Assembly (NCBI RefSeq): GCF_038025025.1
Contig: NW_027117348.1
Span: forward strand, 248,001-312,000
Length of the DNA stretch: 64,000 bases
Source of the DNA: Phyllosticta citribraziliensis
Lineage: Eukaryota
Direction of reading: 5' to 3'
Shown in pieces: positions 46,902 through 58,053 of this stretch; positions within the stretch are counted from its first letter, which is position 1, and each line of letters opens with the position of its first letter. The notes under the pieces are model-generated. The model was not told where the DNA came from and ran no database searches. It saw only the letters and a list, made by a program, of their open reading frames with translations. The position numbers and the translations under genes are program-made.

Positions 46902-48647
46902 TCACCTACTCCCCCCAAAAACCCCCCAAATCGCCATCACAGGCGCCCTGACGCCCCACTCCCACAGCTCAACGCCCGCATCCGACCAGGCCCAGCGCTC
47001 CTCGCGCCACCGGCTCGACGCGACGCGCTCGACCAGGACGAGCAGACCGCCCGCCAGCTCGGCAGGGCCACCGCCGCAGAGCGGGTGCAGCAGGAGCGAG
47101 CGCAGCGGAGCGAGCAGGTGCGTGCGCAGGGAGAGGGGAAGGGAGTATGTTCCTTTGAGGGAGGATGCGGGATTCAGTGTTGCGGGGAGGAGGTGGTGGT
47201 GGTGAGATGTGCTGGGGTCGGCGAGCGCCGGTTTGCAGGGCCGGGTGGAGCGGCCACGCGGCGGCGAGCGCGAGGCCGAGACGGACGGCGTGTTGGGTGG
47301 TGTGAGGATGGGTGCGGCGCGGGGGGCAAGCGAGGAGAAGGACTTGTCGACGGCGGACGCGACGTCGGCGGGCTCATTGGGCGGCGTCGAGGCGCCATTG
47401 AAGCGCTGGATGCAGCGCTCGACGTGGCTGTCGGCGTCCGACTTGGCTCGCGGCGGCGAGCTTGCGGCGTAGAGATACAGCGTCGACGGGTCAATGGTCA
47501 AGTCGACGAGTGAGATGAGCGGCGGAGGGCCGGCCGAGCAGGCCATCGGGTATGCCCGGTAGGCCATGCCCGTGTCGGTGGCGGCCGCTGACAGGATAAA
47601 GTCGATATTGAGGTGGGTCAGGGGATGGTCGGGCAGCGCCGCCGCAAAGGCCTGCGTGAAGCCGAGGAGCGTCTTTTGGATGGGCGAGCCGGGGGGAACC
47701 GCAATGCGAGTCCCGTCTTCTGCCGACGAGACGGGCCGCGAGACGACGAAGCTGACGACCTGGCCGTCGCCGAGCAGGACGTGCGCTTGGTATGCTTCGC
47801 CGTGGACGAGCTCGCGCAGGAGCCAGGGCGATGTCTTGGAAATGTCGAGCTCGGCGACGCAGTTGTACGTGTCGTTGATGGTTGGCCGGGGAAGCAGAAT
47901 GCTGAAGCCGGCCTCCCCATCGCGAGGGTCCAGTCTCGACGCCAGGAACTTCTTGGTGTTTTTCCCTCCCGACAGTATCCAGTGTAGATCGTGCCGGCTC
48001 TTGACAACGTAGACCTCTGGCGCCCGCAACGCGCTGCCCAGGCCGCGCACGTAGTCGGCAAAGGCCACCTGGTCGCCGGCCAGGCGCAAGATGTCCTGGT
48101 CCGGCGCGACGACGCGGCACTTGATCAACGGCTGGGGCAGCGAGGCCTGGTGGTCCAGCACGCGCTTCAGCACGGCCAGGTCGGCGCCCCAGTCATCATC
48201 GCAGGATATCCACAGGTCTGGGCGCTCGTGCAGCACGATCGAGAGCAGACGATGGTCGCTGCTCGAGGATCGCATGACGTCGCCGTCAGCTTGGCGTCTG
48301 GCTAGCGCTGGCGCCGACGCCGACGCCGACAGCGTGTAGAAGGTGTGCACTGCGCGCGAGATGCGCGCCGACGAGGTGAAGCGAGGGCGCTCGTAGTCGA
48401 CGGCGACGACGACATGGCCGGCGGCGCAAAAGGCGCGGGCGAGGAAGAGGGCGGCGGGCGACGAGAAGCCGGTGATGAGGACCTTGGGGCGCGAGTGCGA
48501 GAGCGAGTCGCGGACGCGGCGGCGGTGCAGCGTCTGGTACGTCTTGACCAGACACACGGAGAGCAGCGTCCAGGGCAGGAAGAGGAGCGGCAGGAGACGC
48601 GGGTCGTGGAGCAGCCGGCGCTCGGCGAGGGTCGTTTGCAGCGGCAT
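46902..48647 (-). CDS. Divergent ATP-grasp-fold protein related to fungal MysC-like ligases
   Basis: 581-aa ORF. N-terminal hydrophobic segment, then KVLITGFSSPAALFLARAFCAAGHVVVAVD...RISRAVHTFY, LPRPTINDT, ISKTSPWLLRELVHGEAYQAH, HLNIDF. Confidence 0.7.
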   Translation of the reverse strand: MPLQTTLAERRLLHDPRLLPLLFLPWTLLSVCLVKTYQTLHRRRVRDSLSHSRPKVLITGFSSPAALFLARAFCAAGHVVVAVDYERPRFTSSARISRAVHTFYTLSASASAPALARRQADGDVMRSSSSDHRLLSIVLHERPDLWISCDDDWGADLAVLKRVLDHQASLPQPLIKCRVVAPDQDILRLAGDQVAFADYVRGLGSALRAPEVYVVKSRHDLHWILSGGKNTKKFLASRLDPRDGEAGFSILLPRPTINDTYNCVAELDISKTSPWLLRELVHGEAYQAHVLLGDGQVVSFVVSRPVSSAEDGTRIAVPPGSPIQKTLLGFTQAFAAALPDHPLTHLNIDFILSAAATDTGMAYRAYPMACSAGPPPLISLVDLTIDPSTLYLYAASSPPRAKSDADSHVERCIQRFNGASTPPNEPADVASAVDKSFSSLAPRAAPILTPPNTPSVSASRSPPRGRSTRPCKPALADPSTSHHHHLLPATLNPASSLKGTYSLPLSLRTHLLAPLRSLLLHPLCGGGPAELAGGLLVLVERVASSRWREERWAWSDAGVELWEWGVRAPVMAIWGVFGGSR

Positions 48648-48994
48648 GGCTACAACGAGGGAGAGGTCATGGTGGGAGAGCGGCGATGAGGTTGAAGTGT
48701 AGGACGAGAGGTGAGACTGCGAGCCGGGCGAGGCCGCTAGTCATAGGACGCCGCGTGGATGGCTGCATGGTGTGGCAGCAGGGAGTGAGACGATCAGGTC
48801 GAGTCCGGGGTAGGTCGTGTAAGACGAGATGGATGCAGCGTGTCAGGTGTCGGGTGGTGTAGCGTGGGTGGTGTGTGGTGTGTGGTGTGAGAGGTGGAGG
48901 TGAGAGGAGCGTCCAGTGAGAGGTGACGTTTGGGGAGGCTTAGTCAGGGATGAGTAATTTGGCCCAGTCAGAGCTGAGTAAGGCTGCTTAGTCA

Positions 48995-51046
48995 ATGCTG
49001 ACTCGCACCTCAACACCACACCCAGACCACCTCCACTCCACATTGACCACATTGACCACCCACTCACGACTCACGACTCTCGATTCGGCCCGTCGCGGAC
49101 GCTCCCCAGCAATGCCACCCTCTGGCTCTGCCCCTCTCCGCCGCTCCATCCGCAAACCCCACCGCACCAAGATCCCCTCCCACAGCTCCTTCGACGAGGA
49201 AATCCACCACCTGTTCCGATCCCATTGGCACCGCACATCAGACCTGCACCGCGGACTACTCAAGGCGACGCGCGCTCGAGACAATGGCCGGATCCTGCAA
49301 TACCTGAGCAAAGGCGCCCGCGACCCGGCCTTCGTCCGCGCCATCCCCGTCACCACCTTCACCGAGATACTGCGTCTGTTTGGGCCCGACCGAGAGCTCC
49401 GCCCCGTCGTCGACAGCCTGGAGCACACGTGGTGGTTTCCCGACAGTCTCCGCCACCTCCGCACGAAAAAGGTCCAAGAACACTACGACCATGCCCTCAA
49501 GGGCCTCCTCAACATGCGCCTCCAGGGCCGCGCTCCGCTCTCGCCCATGGACCTCGGGCTGGTGCTGCGCGGCGCCGGCGAGGCCTATGGCGTCGCTCTG
49601 GCGACTGATGCCATCAACGAACTCAAGGCCGCCGACCTCGAGCCCGACGTCGACGGCTTCAACGCGCTCATGCGCGCCACGCTCTACAACCGCCGCGGCG
49701 GCGGCGCCACCATGATTGGCTTCACGGTGAACCCTCTGTGGTTTCAGACGCGCCAAAAGGGCATGATGGACTGGGCACTGCCGGAGATGCAGTACGTTGA
49801 AAAGGTCAAGGACATATACAGGAACATGCTGGAGTCGGGAGGAATCGCAAACCAAGAGACCATCATCTGCCTCATCATTTGTTTTGCGCGCGAGGCCAAG
49901 CTCGACGACGTCAACCAGCTGCTCGCCAACGTCTGGGACGTCAACGTCGACGCCGTCTTGCAGGGCGACCGAGTCCCTCCACCCAAGCCCCTGCCGGCGG
50001 GATCCCCGCTGCGCCCGACCGAGGAGCTGCTCCTGGCCATCGTCGAGGCCTACGGCACAAACAGCCAGTCAATGACGGCTCTGGCCCTCGTCGACCACCT
50101 GTCGGCCTCGTACGGCATACCCATCTCGAACCGCGTGTGGTCGGCGCTGCTCGTCCAGGTCTACGTCGAATCCAACCTGATCCAGGGCAACAATCTGAAC
50201 AAGCGGCTCCACGACCACCCGCAGCTGCCCAGGGAGGCGCCGGTGCGGCTGTTAAACACTCTCCTCAGCGAGCCCTACAACGTCAAACCCACCATGGTAA
50301 TGTACTACTTTGTCATCAAGCGAGCCACGCAGGCTTTTCGCTGGATCCGTGCCGTCGACCTCGTTCGAGACGCGGCACGGCTCTATGACGAGTCGGCGCT
50401 GGACGCTTCGGACGCGGCCCACGACGTAAGAGTCGCAAAGAGGCGGGTGGCCGAGGGGGGCGTGTCGTCGGCACCCCTCTTCGAGCTCGCCCAGCGCCGT
50501 GAGACCAAGTTGCTCGAGTTTCGCCGCAACCGCGTCATGATGGAGTCCCTGTGCCACATGCTCATCAAGGGCGGAATCGTCCCGGGAGCCTTTCACGTGC
50601 TCAACGAGGCCGACGAGGCTGCATGCACCGACGAGTTGGGCTATTCAGAGGAGCACCCCAAGGGCGACTACGTCGTGCAGCCGTACTGGTCGTTTGTTGG
50701 ACTACCCAACTTCATCAAGGAATTCATCCACCTGCTGCCGCCCGCCGTGTCGTACCGAACGCAGACGGGCTACGTCCGGCTGCAAGTGCACGAGTTTTTG
50801 CGATTCGAGGAGCGTCAGGCTAAGCTCGGCGAGGTGCCCAGCATGACGCCCATGAACGCAGACATGACGCGCAGGATCGCGGACCGCAAGGGGCTCAAAG
50901 AGGAGCTGGCAGAGTATGAAAGGGCACTCAGCGATGGTGAATACGACTACAAGCGGCTACTGGACAGGAGCACCCATTTTGAGGACTCGCCGGATCTTTC
51001 GATACAAGTAGCGACGCACTATCACTATACCCCTTTGCAGCACTGA
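48995..51046 (+). CDS. AEP2: Mitochondrial ATPase expression protein 2-like (ATP13 domain, PPR-like)
   Basis: PPR-like LEPDVDGFNALM; ATP13-type VWDVNVD...SPLRPTEELLLAIVEAYGTN...ALALVDHLSASYGIPISNRVWSALL; EPYNVKPTM. Alternative start at 49112. Confidence 0.8.
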   Translation: MLTRTSTPHPDHLHSTLTTLTTHSRLTTLDSARRGRSPAMPPSGSAPLRRSIRKPHRTKIPSHSSFDEEIHHLFRSHWHRTSDLHRGLLKATRARDNGRILQYLSKGARDPAFVRAIPVTTFTEILRLFGPDRELRPVVDSLEHTWWFPDSLRHLRTKKVQEHYDHALKGLLNMRLQGRAPLSPMDLGLVLRGAGEAYGVALATDAINELKAADLEPDVDGFNALMRATLYNRRGGGATMIGFTVNPLWFQTRQKGMMDWALPEMQYVEKVKDIYRNMLESGGIANQETIICLIICFAREAKLDDVNQLLANVWDVNVDAVLQGDRVPPPKPLPAGSPLRPTEELLLAIVEAYGTNSQSMTALALVDHLSASYGIPISNRVWSALLVQVYVESNLIQGNNLNKRLHDHPQLPREAPVRLLNTLLSEPYNVKPTMVMYYFVIKRATQAFRWIRAVDLVRDAARLYDESALDASDAAHDVRVAKRRVAEGGVSSAPLFELAQRRETKLLEFRRNRVMMESLCHMLIKGGIVPGAFHVLNEADEAACTDELGYSEEHPKGDYVVQPYWSFVGLPNFIKEFIHLLPPAVSYRTQTGYVRLQVHEFLRFEERQAKLGEVPSMTPMNADMTRRIADRKGLKEELAEYERALSDGEYDYKRLLDRSTHFEDSPDLSIQVATHYHYTPLQH

Positions 51047-51824
51047 GCATGAATTCAAGTTTTTTGTTCGTTGTTGTCTTGGCCTTGGCCGTGGAGGCAG
51101 TGGAGGCATTGTTGTGCGGCCAAGATGGCACCATGTCCTATGCACGGCGCTTCTGATGTCAGCGGCTTCGTCTCGGCACTGACACTGCCAGAGCTCCTCC
51201 AGGAATCGCCGTTGCACAGCGGCCGCTCGCGATCCCCCGCTGACGTGCAGCACGTCCGGAATTGGTTGCCGTCTGGCGGTGTTTGTGCGAGGAGACAAGG
51301 AGTCGGCCGCCAAATAGACTCTCGGCAGAGGCTGAGGCCGGCAGAGCCGCAGGAGACGAGAACCAGGTACGGGGTTTAGGTTTGAGCGACAGAGGGATCC
51401 CCCTTGGAGGTCAGCAACGTCTTGGAAAACATCGAAAAACACCCTCCACCCTCTTGGCCCTGGCGCAGGGCCAAGTCTACGACGCGGGAGCGCTGCCAGA
51501 TGCAGCCGATGCATGACGGTGTCAGCCGTTGCGCCAGCGCCCGCCCGTGCTCCAGGCGTCCGTCCTCCACGGCGAGGCCATCATGTATATCTCCGTCTCT
51601 TGTCGCCTCCAGCCAGGCCGTCGTGTTTCTTTGTATTTCCACTGCTGTCGCCATCGCCGTCGCCATAGCTGTCGCCATGAGCTGAAGCCTCGCCGCCAAT
51701 TCTCTCCCAATCTCCTGCGAGCTCCTGCAAGGTGCGTTCGGCCCTCGCCGCCGCGTAAACAATGCCTGACACTCTGACAGCTACCGACATCCCTCCCCGC
51801 GCCGACGGGCGCTGAATCGGCGCA

Positions 51825-54800
51825 ATGGCGTTTGCACGCCAGACATGGACGCTGACCAAGAAGAATCTCAAGATTGTTCTCGTCAGGCAGTTTCTGTCGA
51901 CCCTGATTCGCGCCTTTTTGATGCCCATCATTTTTGTACGTACCGCACAGCCCGCCACCACACTCCCATGCTGATTGGCAGATGTTCTTCATTTCGTACG
52001 CCAAAAACTTCTTCATCCCGCCCTCTGAGTACGGCGTCGGCACGGCCCGTCCCGTCAGGTCCTTTCCGCGCGCTCTCGACGCCGCCCAGGGTGGTCGCAA
52101 CACGGTCGTCTTTGTCAACAATGGTCACGCGGGAGGGGAGATTGAACGGGTCATTTCAAATCTCTCGGATACGGTGCGCGGCGCGGGAAAGATTGCGCAG
52201 GTGGTGCAGGAGGACGTGGAGCTCTTGACGGCCTGTCGCAGTTCCCTGCGCGGAGTTTCAGCCTGCTACGGCGCGGTCAGCTTCCACTCGTCGCCGACGG
52301 AGGGCTCTGGCGGCGTGTGGAACTACACTCTGAGGGCCGACGGAGCCTTCGAGGAGCGGGTATACGTCAGTCAAGCGGACAACGATCCTCAAATCTACAT
52401 TCTGCCGTTCCAGCACGCCATCGACGCCGCCATTGCCGGCTCCTCGATCCCCGATGCCGTCGACGAGTTTCCCTACACGGACGAGACGGAGGAGCAGCGC
52501 AACGACAGGATTCGCCACCTCTACATGAACACGCTCATCAACATCCTGGGCCTGGCCTTCTTCATCGGCACCGTCGGCATCACGTACCAGCTGACCGGCC
52601 TCATGGCGGCGGAGCGCGAACTGGGCATCTCGCAGCTCATCGAGGCCATGTCGCCGAGCAGCAGGCCCTGGCACACGCAGGCCGCGCGCCTGCTGGCAAA
52701 CCACCTCGCCTTTGACATTGTCTACCTCCCCGGCTGGATCATCATGGGCATCATCGTGCGGGCCATCGTGTTTCCGTCGACCAGCTACGCCGTCCCCGTC
52801 ATCCTGCACGTCCTCACCGGCCTGGCCCTGTCCAGCTTCTCCATCATGGGCGCCGCCCTGTTCCGCCGCGCCCAACTCTCGGGCATCTCCGTCGTCCTCG
52901 TTGCCATTGTCCTGGCCATTGTCGCCCAAGTCACAAAGGCCAAGTCGTCGGCCGCCGTGGCCATTCTCAGTCTGCTGTTTACGCCCATGAATTACACGTA
53001 TTTCATAATCTATAATGCGCGCTTCGAGCGCGAGGACCAGGCCGTCAGCCTCGTCAAGGGCGCGCCGCCCCGCGAGGGCATCACCTGGCAGCTCCCCGGC
53101 ATCGTGCTGTGGGTCTTTCTCGTCGTCCAAATCTTCGCGTTCCCCATCATCGGAGCCTGGATCGAGCGGTCCCTGTACGGCACGGCGTCCAAGTCGCGGA
53201 AAATGACGCTCGAATCGTCGAGCGAGCCGCCCGAGTCTGTCCGTTTGACGGAGTTCTCCAAGCACTGGGTCCCGAGCTGGTGGCATCGCAACGTAGCCCG
53301 CAGGCTCGGTGTTGCTCCCAAGGAGACCGTCGTCGCTGTCAACAAGCTCACGCTCCGCGCTCTCAGGGGGAACATTATGGTTCTGCTTGGCGCCAACGGC
53401 TCCGGCAAGAGTACCACCCTCGACTCCATCTCCGGCCTCAACACCATCACGAGCGGATCGATCGAGATTGACGGCACCGGCGGGATGGGGCTCTGCCCGC
53501 AGAAGAATGTGCTTTGGGATGACCTGACAGTCTTTGAGCACGTCAAGCTCTTCAACGAGCTCAAGGCGGCCACCCCCGACTCCAAGGCGCAGATTGAGGA
53601 CCTAATCAGCCGGTGTGATCTCCTCCCAAAGCTCAAGGCCAAGAGCAAGACGCTGTCTGGCGGCCAGAAGCGAAAGCTGCAGCTCGCCATGATGTTCACC
53701 GGCGGCAGCAGAGTGTGCTGCGTCGACGAAGTCAGCTCCGGCATCGACCCGCTGAGCCGCCGCAAGATCTGGGACATCCTGCTGGCCGAGCGCGGCGCCA
53801 GGACCATGCTGCTGACGACGCACTTTCTCGACGAGGCCGACTTCCTGTCCGACTACATCGTCGTGCTGTCGCGGGGCAACCTCAAGGCCGAGGGCTCGGC
53901 CGTCGAGCTCAAGCACCGTCTCGGCGGCGGCTATCGCATCATCCTGGACAGCTCCAACATGCGCGACCAGCCCAAGGCCCTCGATGGCATCCCGCGCCAG
54001 GTCCTGTTTGATCAGACCGTCTACCACATTGCCAATTCGGCGCAGGCCGCGGAGCTGACGGCCAAGCTCGAGCGCGAGGGCGTGTCGCAGTACCAGGTCA
54101 ACGGCCCGACGATTGAGGACGTGTTTCTGCGGCTTGCGGAGGAGGTCGAGCTGGAGCCAGACCACGACGGGACGCGGCCGGAGTCGGTCAAGGCGGATCA
54201 AAACGCCTCGTCCTACGTCGACGTCTCGGAGCAAGCGTCGTCGATGGAGGTCAAGCCCGAGGCCGAACAGCTGGCTCTGTCCAAGGGCCGCGGGACAAGC
54301 TTCTTTGAGCAGGCGTTCGTCCTCTTCCACAAGCGCGTCCTCATCCTCGCAAATAATTGGATGCCGTATGCCGCTGCGGTTCTCATCCCCGTCATTGCGG
54401 CCGGCTTGACGACGCTCTTCCTGAGCGGCTTTGCTGGCGCGTCCTGCGACCCTGGCGACTCTGCCAGCGATCCCACCGTCGTCAGTCTGGCGCTGGATGT
54501 CTTTTCGGGAGACGACGTCCTCATTCCGGTCGGCCCGTCCAGCAGAGTGTCGGTCGAGACTCTTGCAGCCTCGTTCCCCCTGACGAACCGCAACCTCCAC
54601 TTCGTCGAGAGCATCGGCGAGTTCAACTCGTACGTCCAGGCCAACTTCGCCAACGCGACGCCCGGCGGCATCTTCCTCGACTCGACGCCGACCATGGCGT
54701 ACATTGCCAACGGCGGCGTCTACTACGCGCTCATGACGCAGAACCTGCTCGACAGCGTCCTCTCCAACACGACCATTGCCACGCAGTTCCAGAGCTTCGC

Positions 54801-56661
54801 CGTCCCCTTTGCGCCCAACGCCGGCGACACGCTGCAGCTCATCCTGTACTTTGGCCTCGCCATGTGCGCCTACACGGGCTTCTTCGCCCTGTACCCGACC
54901 GTCGAGCGCGTCAACAAGGTGCGCGCCTTGCACTACAGCAACGGCATCCGCGCCGCGCCGCTCTGGGTCGCATATCTGGCGTTTGACTTTTGCTTCGTGC
55001 TGCTCATCTCGGCCGTCGTCACCGTCATCTACGTCGGCGTGTCGGGCGTCTGGTACGCCCCCGGCTACCTGTTTGTCGTCTTCTTCCTGTACGGCCTCAC
55101 CTCCGTCCTGCTGGCCTACGTCGTGTCGCTGTTTGTCACGTCGCAGCTCGCCGCGTTTGCCTTCATGGCTGGCGGCCAGGCGTCCTTCTTCCTCATCTAC
55201 TTTGTCGCGTACATGTGCATCTTGACGTACATTGCCCCGTCGGATATCGACCGCGACGTCACCCTCGCCCACTTTACCATTGCCCTGGTCACGCCTGCTG
55301 GAAACCTCCTCCGCGCTCTGCTGCTGTCGCTGAATGAGTTTTCGCTGCTCTGCGACGGCGACGCGGTGCGCTCGTACCCGGGCGACATCATGGCGTACGG
55401 GGGCCCCATCGTGTACCTGATCGTCCAAGCCATCGTCCTCTTCGTCTTCCTCGTGTGGTGGGACAGCGGCTACAAGCCGGCCTTCCTCGTCCGGCGCACC
55501 TACACACCGCTCGACCCCGAGGAGTCCTCGCACATGAGCCCCGACGTGCTGGCCGAAGCGCGCCGCACCGAAGCGTCCGACGACCGCCTGCGCGTCCTCC
55601 ACCTGACGAAGCGCTTCGCGCGCCGCAAGCCGCCGGCGGTGCGCGACGTCACGTTCGGCGTGCCGGTGGGCCAGACGTTTGCGCTGCTGGGCCCCAACGG
55701 TGCCGGCAAGAGCACCACCATCAGCCTGATCCGCGGCGACCTGCACCCAACCTCGGGCGACGCCTTCATCTCCGGGCACAGCATCACGCGGCACCGCGCC
55801 GCGGCGCGCCTCCAGCTGGGCGTGTGCCCGCAGTTCGACGCCGTCGACACGCTGACCGTGACGCAGCACCTCACCTTCTACGCGCGCGCGCGCGGCATCC
55901 CGGCCTCGGCCATCGCGGCCAACGTGTCCGCCGCCATTCGCGCCGTCGGCTTGCCCCCCTCGATGAAGCACCGCCCTGCCCCCGCCCTCTCCGGCGGCAA
56001 CCGCCGCAAGCTGAGCCTCGCCGTCGCCCTCACCGCCGACCCCGACGTCCTGCTGCTCGACGAGCCCAGCTCCGGCATGGACGCCGCCGCCAAACGCGCC
56101 ATGTGGCGCGCGCTGCGCGCTCCCGGCGTCAGCGCCCGCCGCGCCGTGCTGCTCACCACGCACAGCATGGAGGAGGCCGAGGCCGTCGCGGGGCGCGGCC
56201 GCGTGGGCGTCGTCAGTGGCGGCTTGTTGGGCACGGGGAGTGTGGAGCAGCTGAGGGATCGCTGGGGGAGGGCGTGGGTTGTGGGTGTCAGTCTGGCCGA
56301 CGCAGAGGGAGAGGGAGAGGGTGTGCTTGGGCTGGAGCAGCGCGTCCGCCGCGTCCGCGAGTGGGTAGCTCGCGCCATCCCGTCGGCGCAGCTGGACGAG
56401 CGCGTCGGCGTGGGCGGTGGTGTGCGGTTTGTGGTGCCCATTGGCGATGGCGACCGCAGGGAGCCGGAGTCAAACGACAAAGATGGAGGTGGAGATGGTA
56501 ATGAGGGCTTGAGCATCGCCGCCCTCTTCAACCTGCTCGAGACGCGCGGACGCCGCGAGGCGGGCATCGGCATGTATAGCGTTGGCCGCACGACGCTGGA
56601 TGAGGTGTTTGTTGCCATGGTTAAGGCGCATGATGTGGAGGAGGAGGGGGAGGGGAAGTGA
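51825..56661 (+). CDS. ABC transporter, ABCA subfamily (TMD-NBD-TMD-NBD)
   Basis: Exon 1 51825-51935 (MAFARQTWTLTKKNL), intron 51936-51981. Walker A GANGSGKST and GPNGAGKST, signatures LSGGQKRKL and LSGGNRRKL, TTHFLDEAD and TTHSMEEAE. Confidence 0.95.
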
Positions 56662-57481
56662 GAGGTTGTGGAGAGAAGGGAGGGGTGGAAAGGAGGAAGA
56701 GGGTTGCGTTCATGATTGTACGATGATGGATGGCGTGTTTTTGTGGTTTCTAGGTGGGTTAAGGGGAAGGGGAATTTGCATGGCGTTCTGATGGCATTTT
56801 GAGCATTCGGGGAACGTGAGGCATGGCGTGGAATTGCGTAGCATTGTAGAGCATCACGACGCGGTACGGTATTAGTATCTCATGTTCATTTCTGATTGAA
56901 CATTTTCGACGACTCTTGTAAGCTCGCGGAGATGGGAAAGCAGAGTGTGACTGTACAAGGAGTAAGTGCTGTTGCGGGTTATACGCGACTTTACCCCCCT
57001 GTTTACCTTATCTTCATGACAATCTTTCTCGTTGTCATCCCTGGGACCTCGGATTACTATTCTTGCGTTGTCACTTCAAACATATGGTTCACTTCCCCTG
57101 CAGCCCCATTTGATTCTTTGCATTAACTACTTAAACGGTACTGTAGTGGTATAAGCGAACGCGGGTATCATGCCTGCCTGGTGCAGTGAAGGAAATAGTT
57201 GAACCGCCACTTTTGCCTTCCTGCCTGCGTGTGAAGTTTCCCTTGCCTCTGTCTTTCGAAGGGCTATTCCTTTGGTTTTTGTCGTAAGGGTTTTCGGTTC
57301 AGCTGCCTCTTTTTCTGCCGCTTTTTCCTTCACTAATGCTAGGCGTGGGATGCATGGCGAGCGAATGCAGAGCAGCCCCAAAAGGCGGATGGATGGCGCA
57401 ATGATAAACGACAATGTCGACTCGAAAGCGGGCACATGAGTTCTCGAAAGACAGAATATCGACTCCTCGAGTGACGGCCGC

Positions 57482-58053
57482 TCAACTCAACAGCGTCGTC
57501 CCGTCAGCGCACACACAGCTCCTGTACAAACCAAGTCAGCACGCAGTTCCCACGTACACTGGATGAGGAGACGCAGCACTTACCCGCTATCATCGCAGCT
57601 CCCTGCCTTCACGGCCGCGCCGTCTACTGCCTCCCCCTTCACTCGAGCACACCACGCCGCGCACAACCCGCCCGCGTCACCGCCCGCGCCCCGCCCTTTC
57701 GCCTTGCCACTCCTCCTCGCTGCGCCGCTGGCCGCCGGCCGCTTCTTGCTACCCCCGTCCCCGCCGCGCCTGCTCCCGCTGTCGCCGCCGCCCGTGGCCG
57801 CCATCGGGCACAGGATCGGGTCCAGCATGTCGCGCGTGTAGTCGATCCAGCCCTTGGGGTTCGGGCGCACGGGGAACGAGAGCGGCGCTTTCGCCGGGGC
57901 CCCGCGGAGCGGTGCTTGCTTCGCGTTTGCGCTTGCGCTTGCGGGTTGCGATAGCAGGTCCAGGGAGCTGGGGATGGGCACGGCGCTTGCTGCGGCGGCG
58001 AGGAGGAGGAGGAGCAGCAGAGAGAGCAGCGGTGTCCGTGGTGGGTAGCGCAT
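57482..58053 (-). CDS. Secreted CS-alpha-beta defensin-like protein (169 aa)
   Basis: Signal peptide MRYPPRTPLLSLLLLLLLAAAASA. Exons 58053-57584 and 57521-57482; intron GTAAGT...GCTGAC...CAG. Six Cys arranged C...CxxxC...GxC...CxC. Confidence 0.75.

Noticed and set aside
51376..51762. ORF with MATAMATAMATA
   Set aside because: Produced by a short 12-nt repeat in the ABC promoter region; no coding evidence.
52258..56618. Long minus-strand ORFs (427, 853, 246 aa) opposite the ABC transporter
   Set aside because: Antisense shadows of a GC3-rich coding strand; no motifs.
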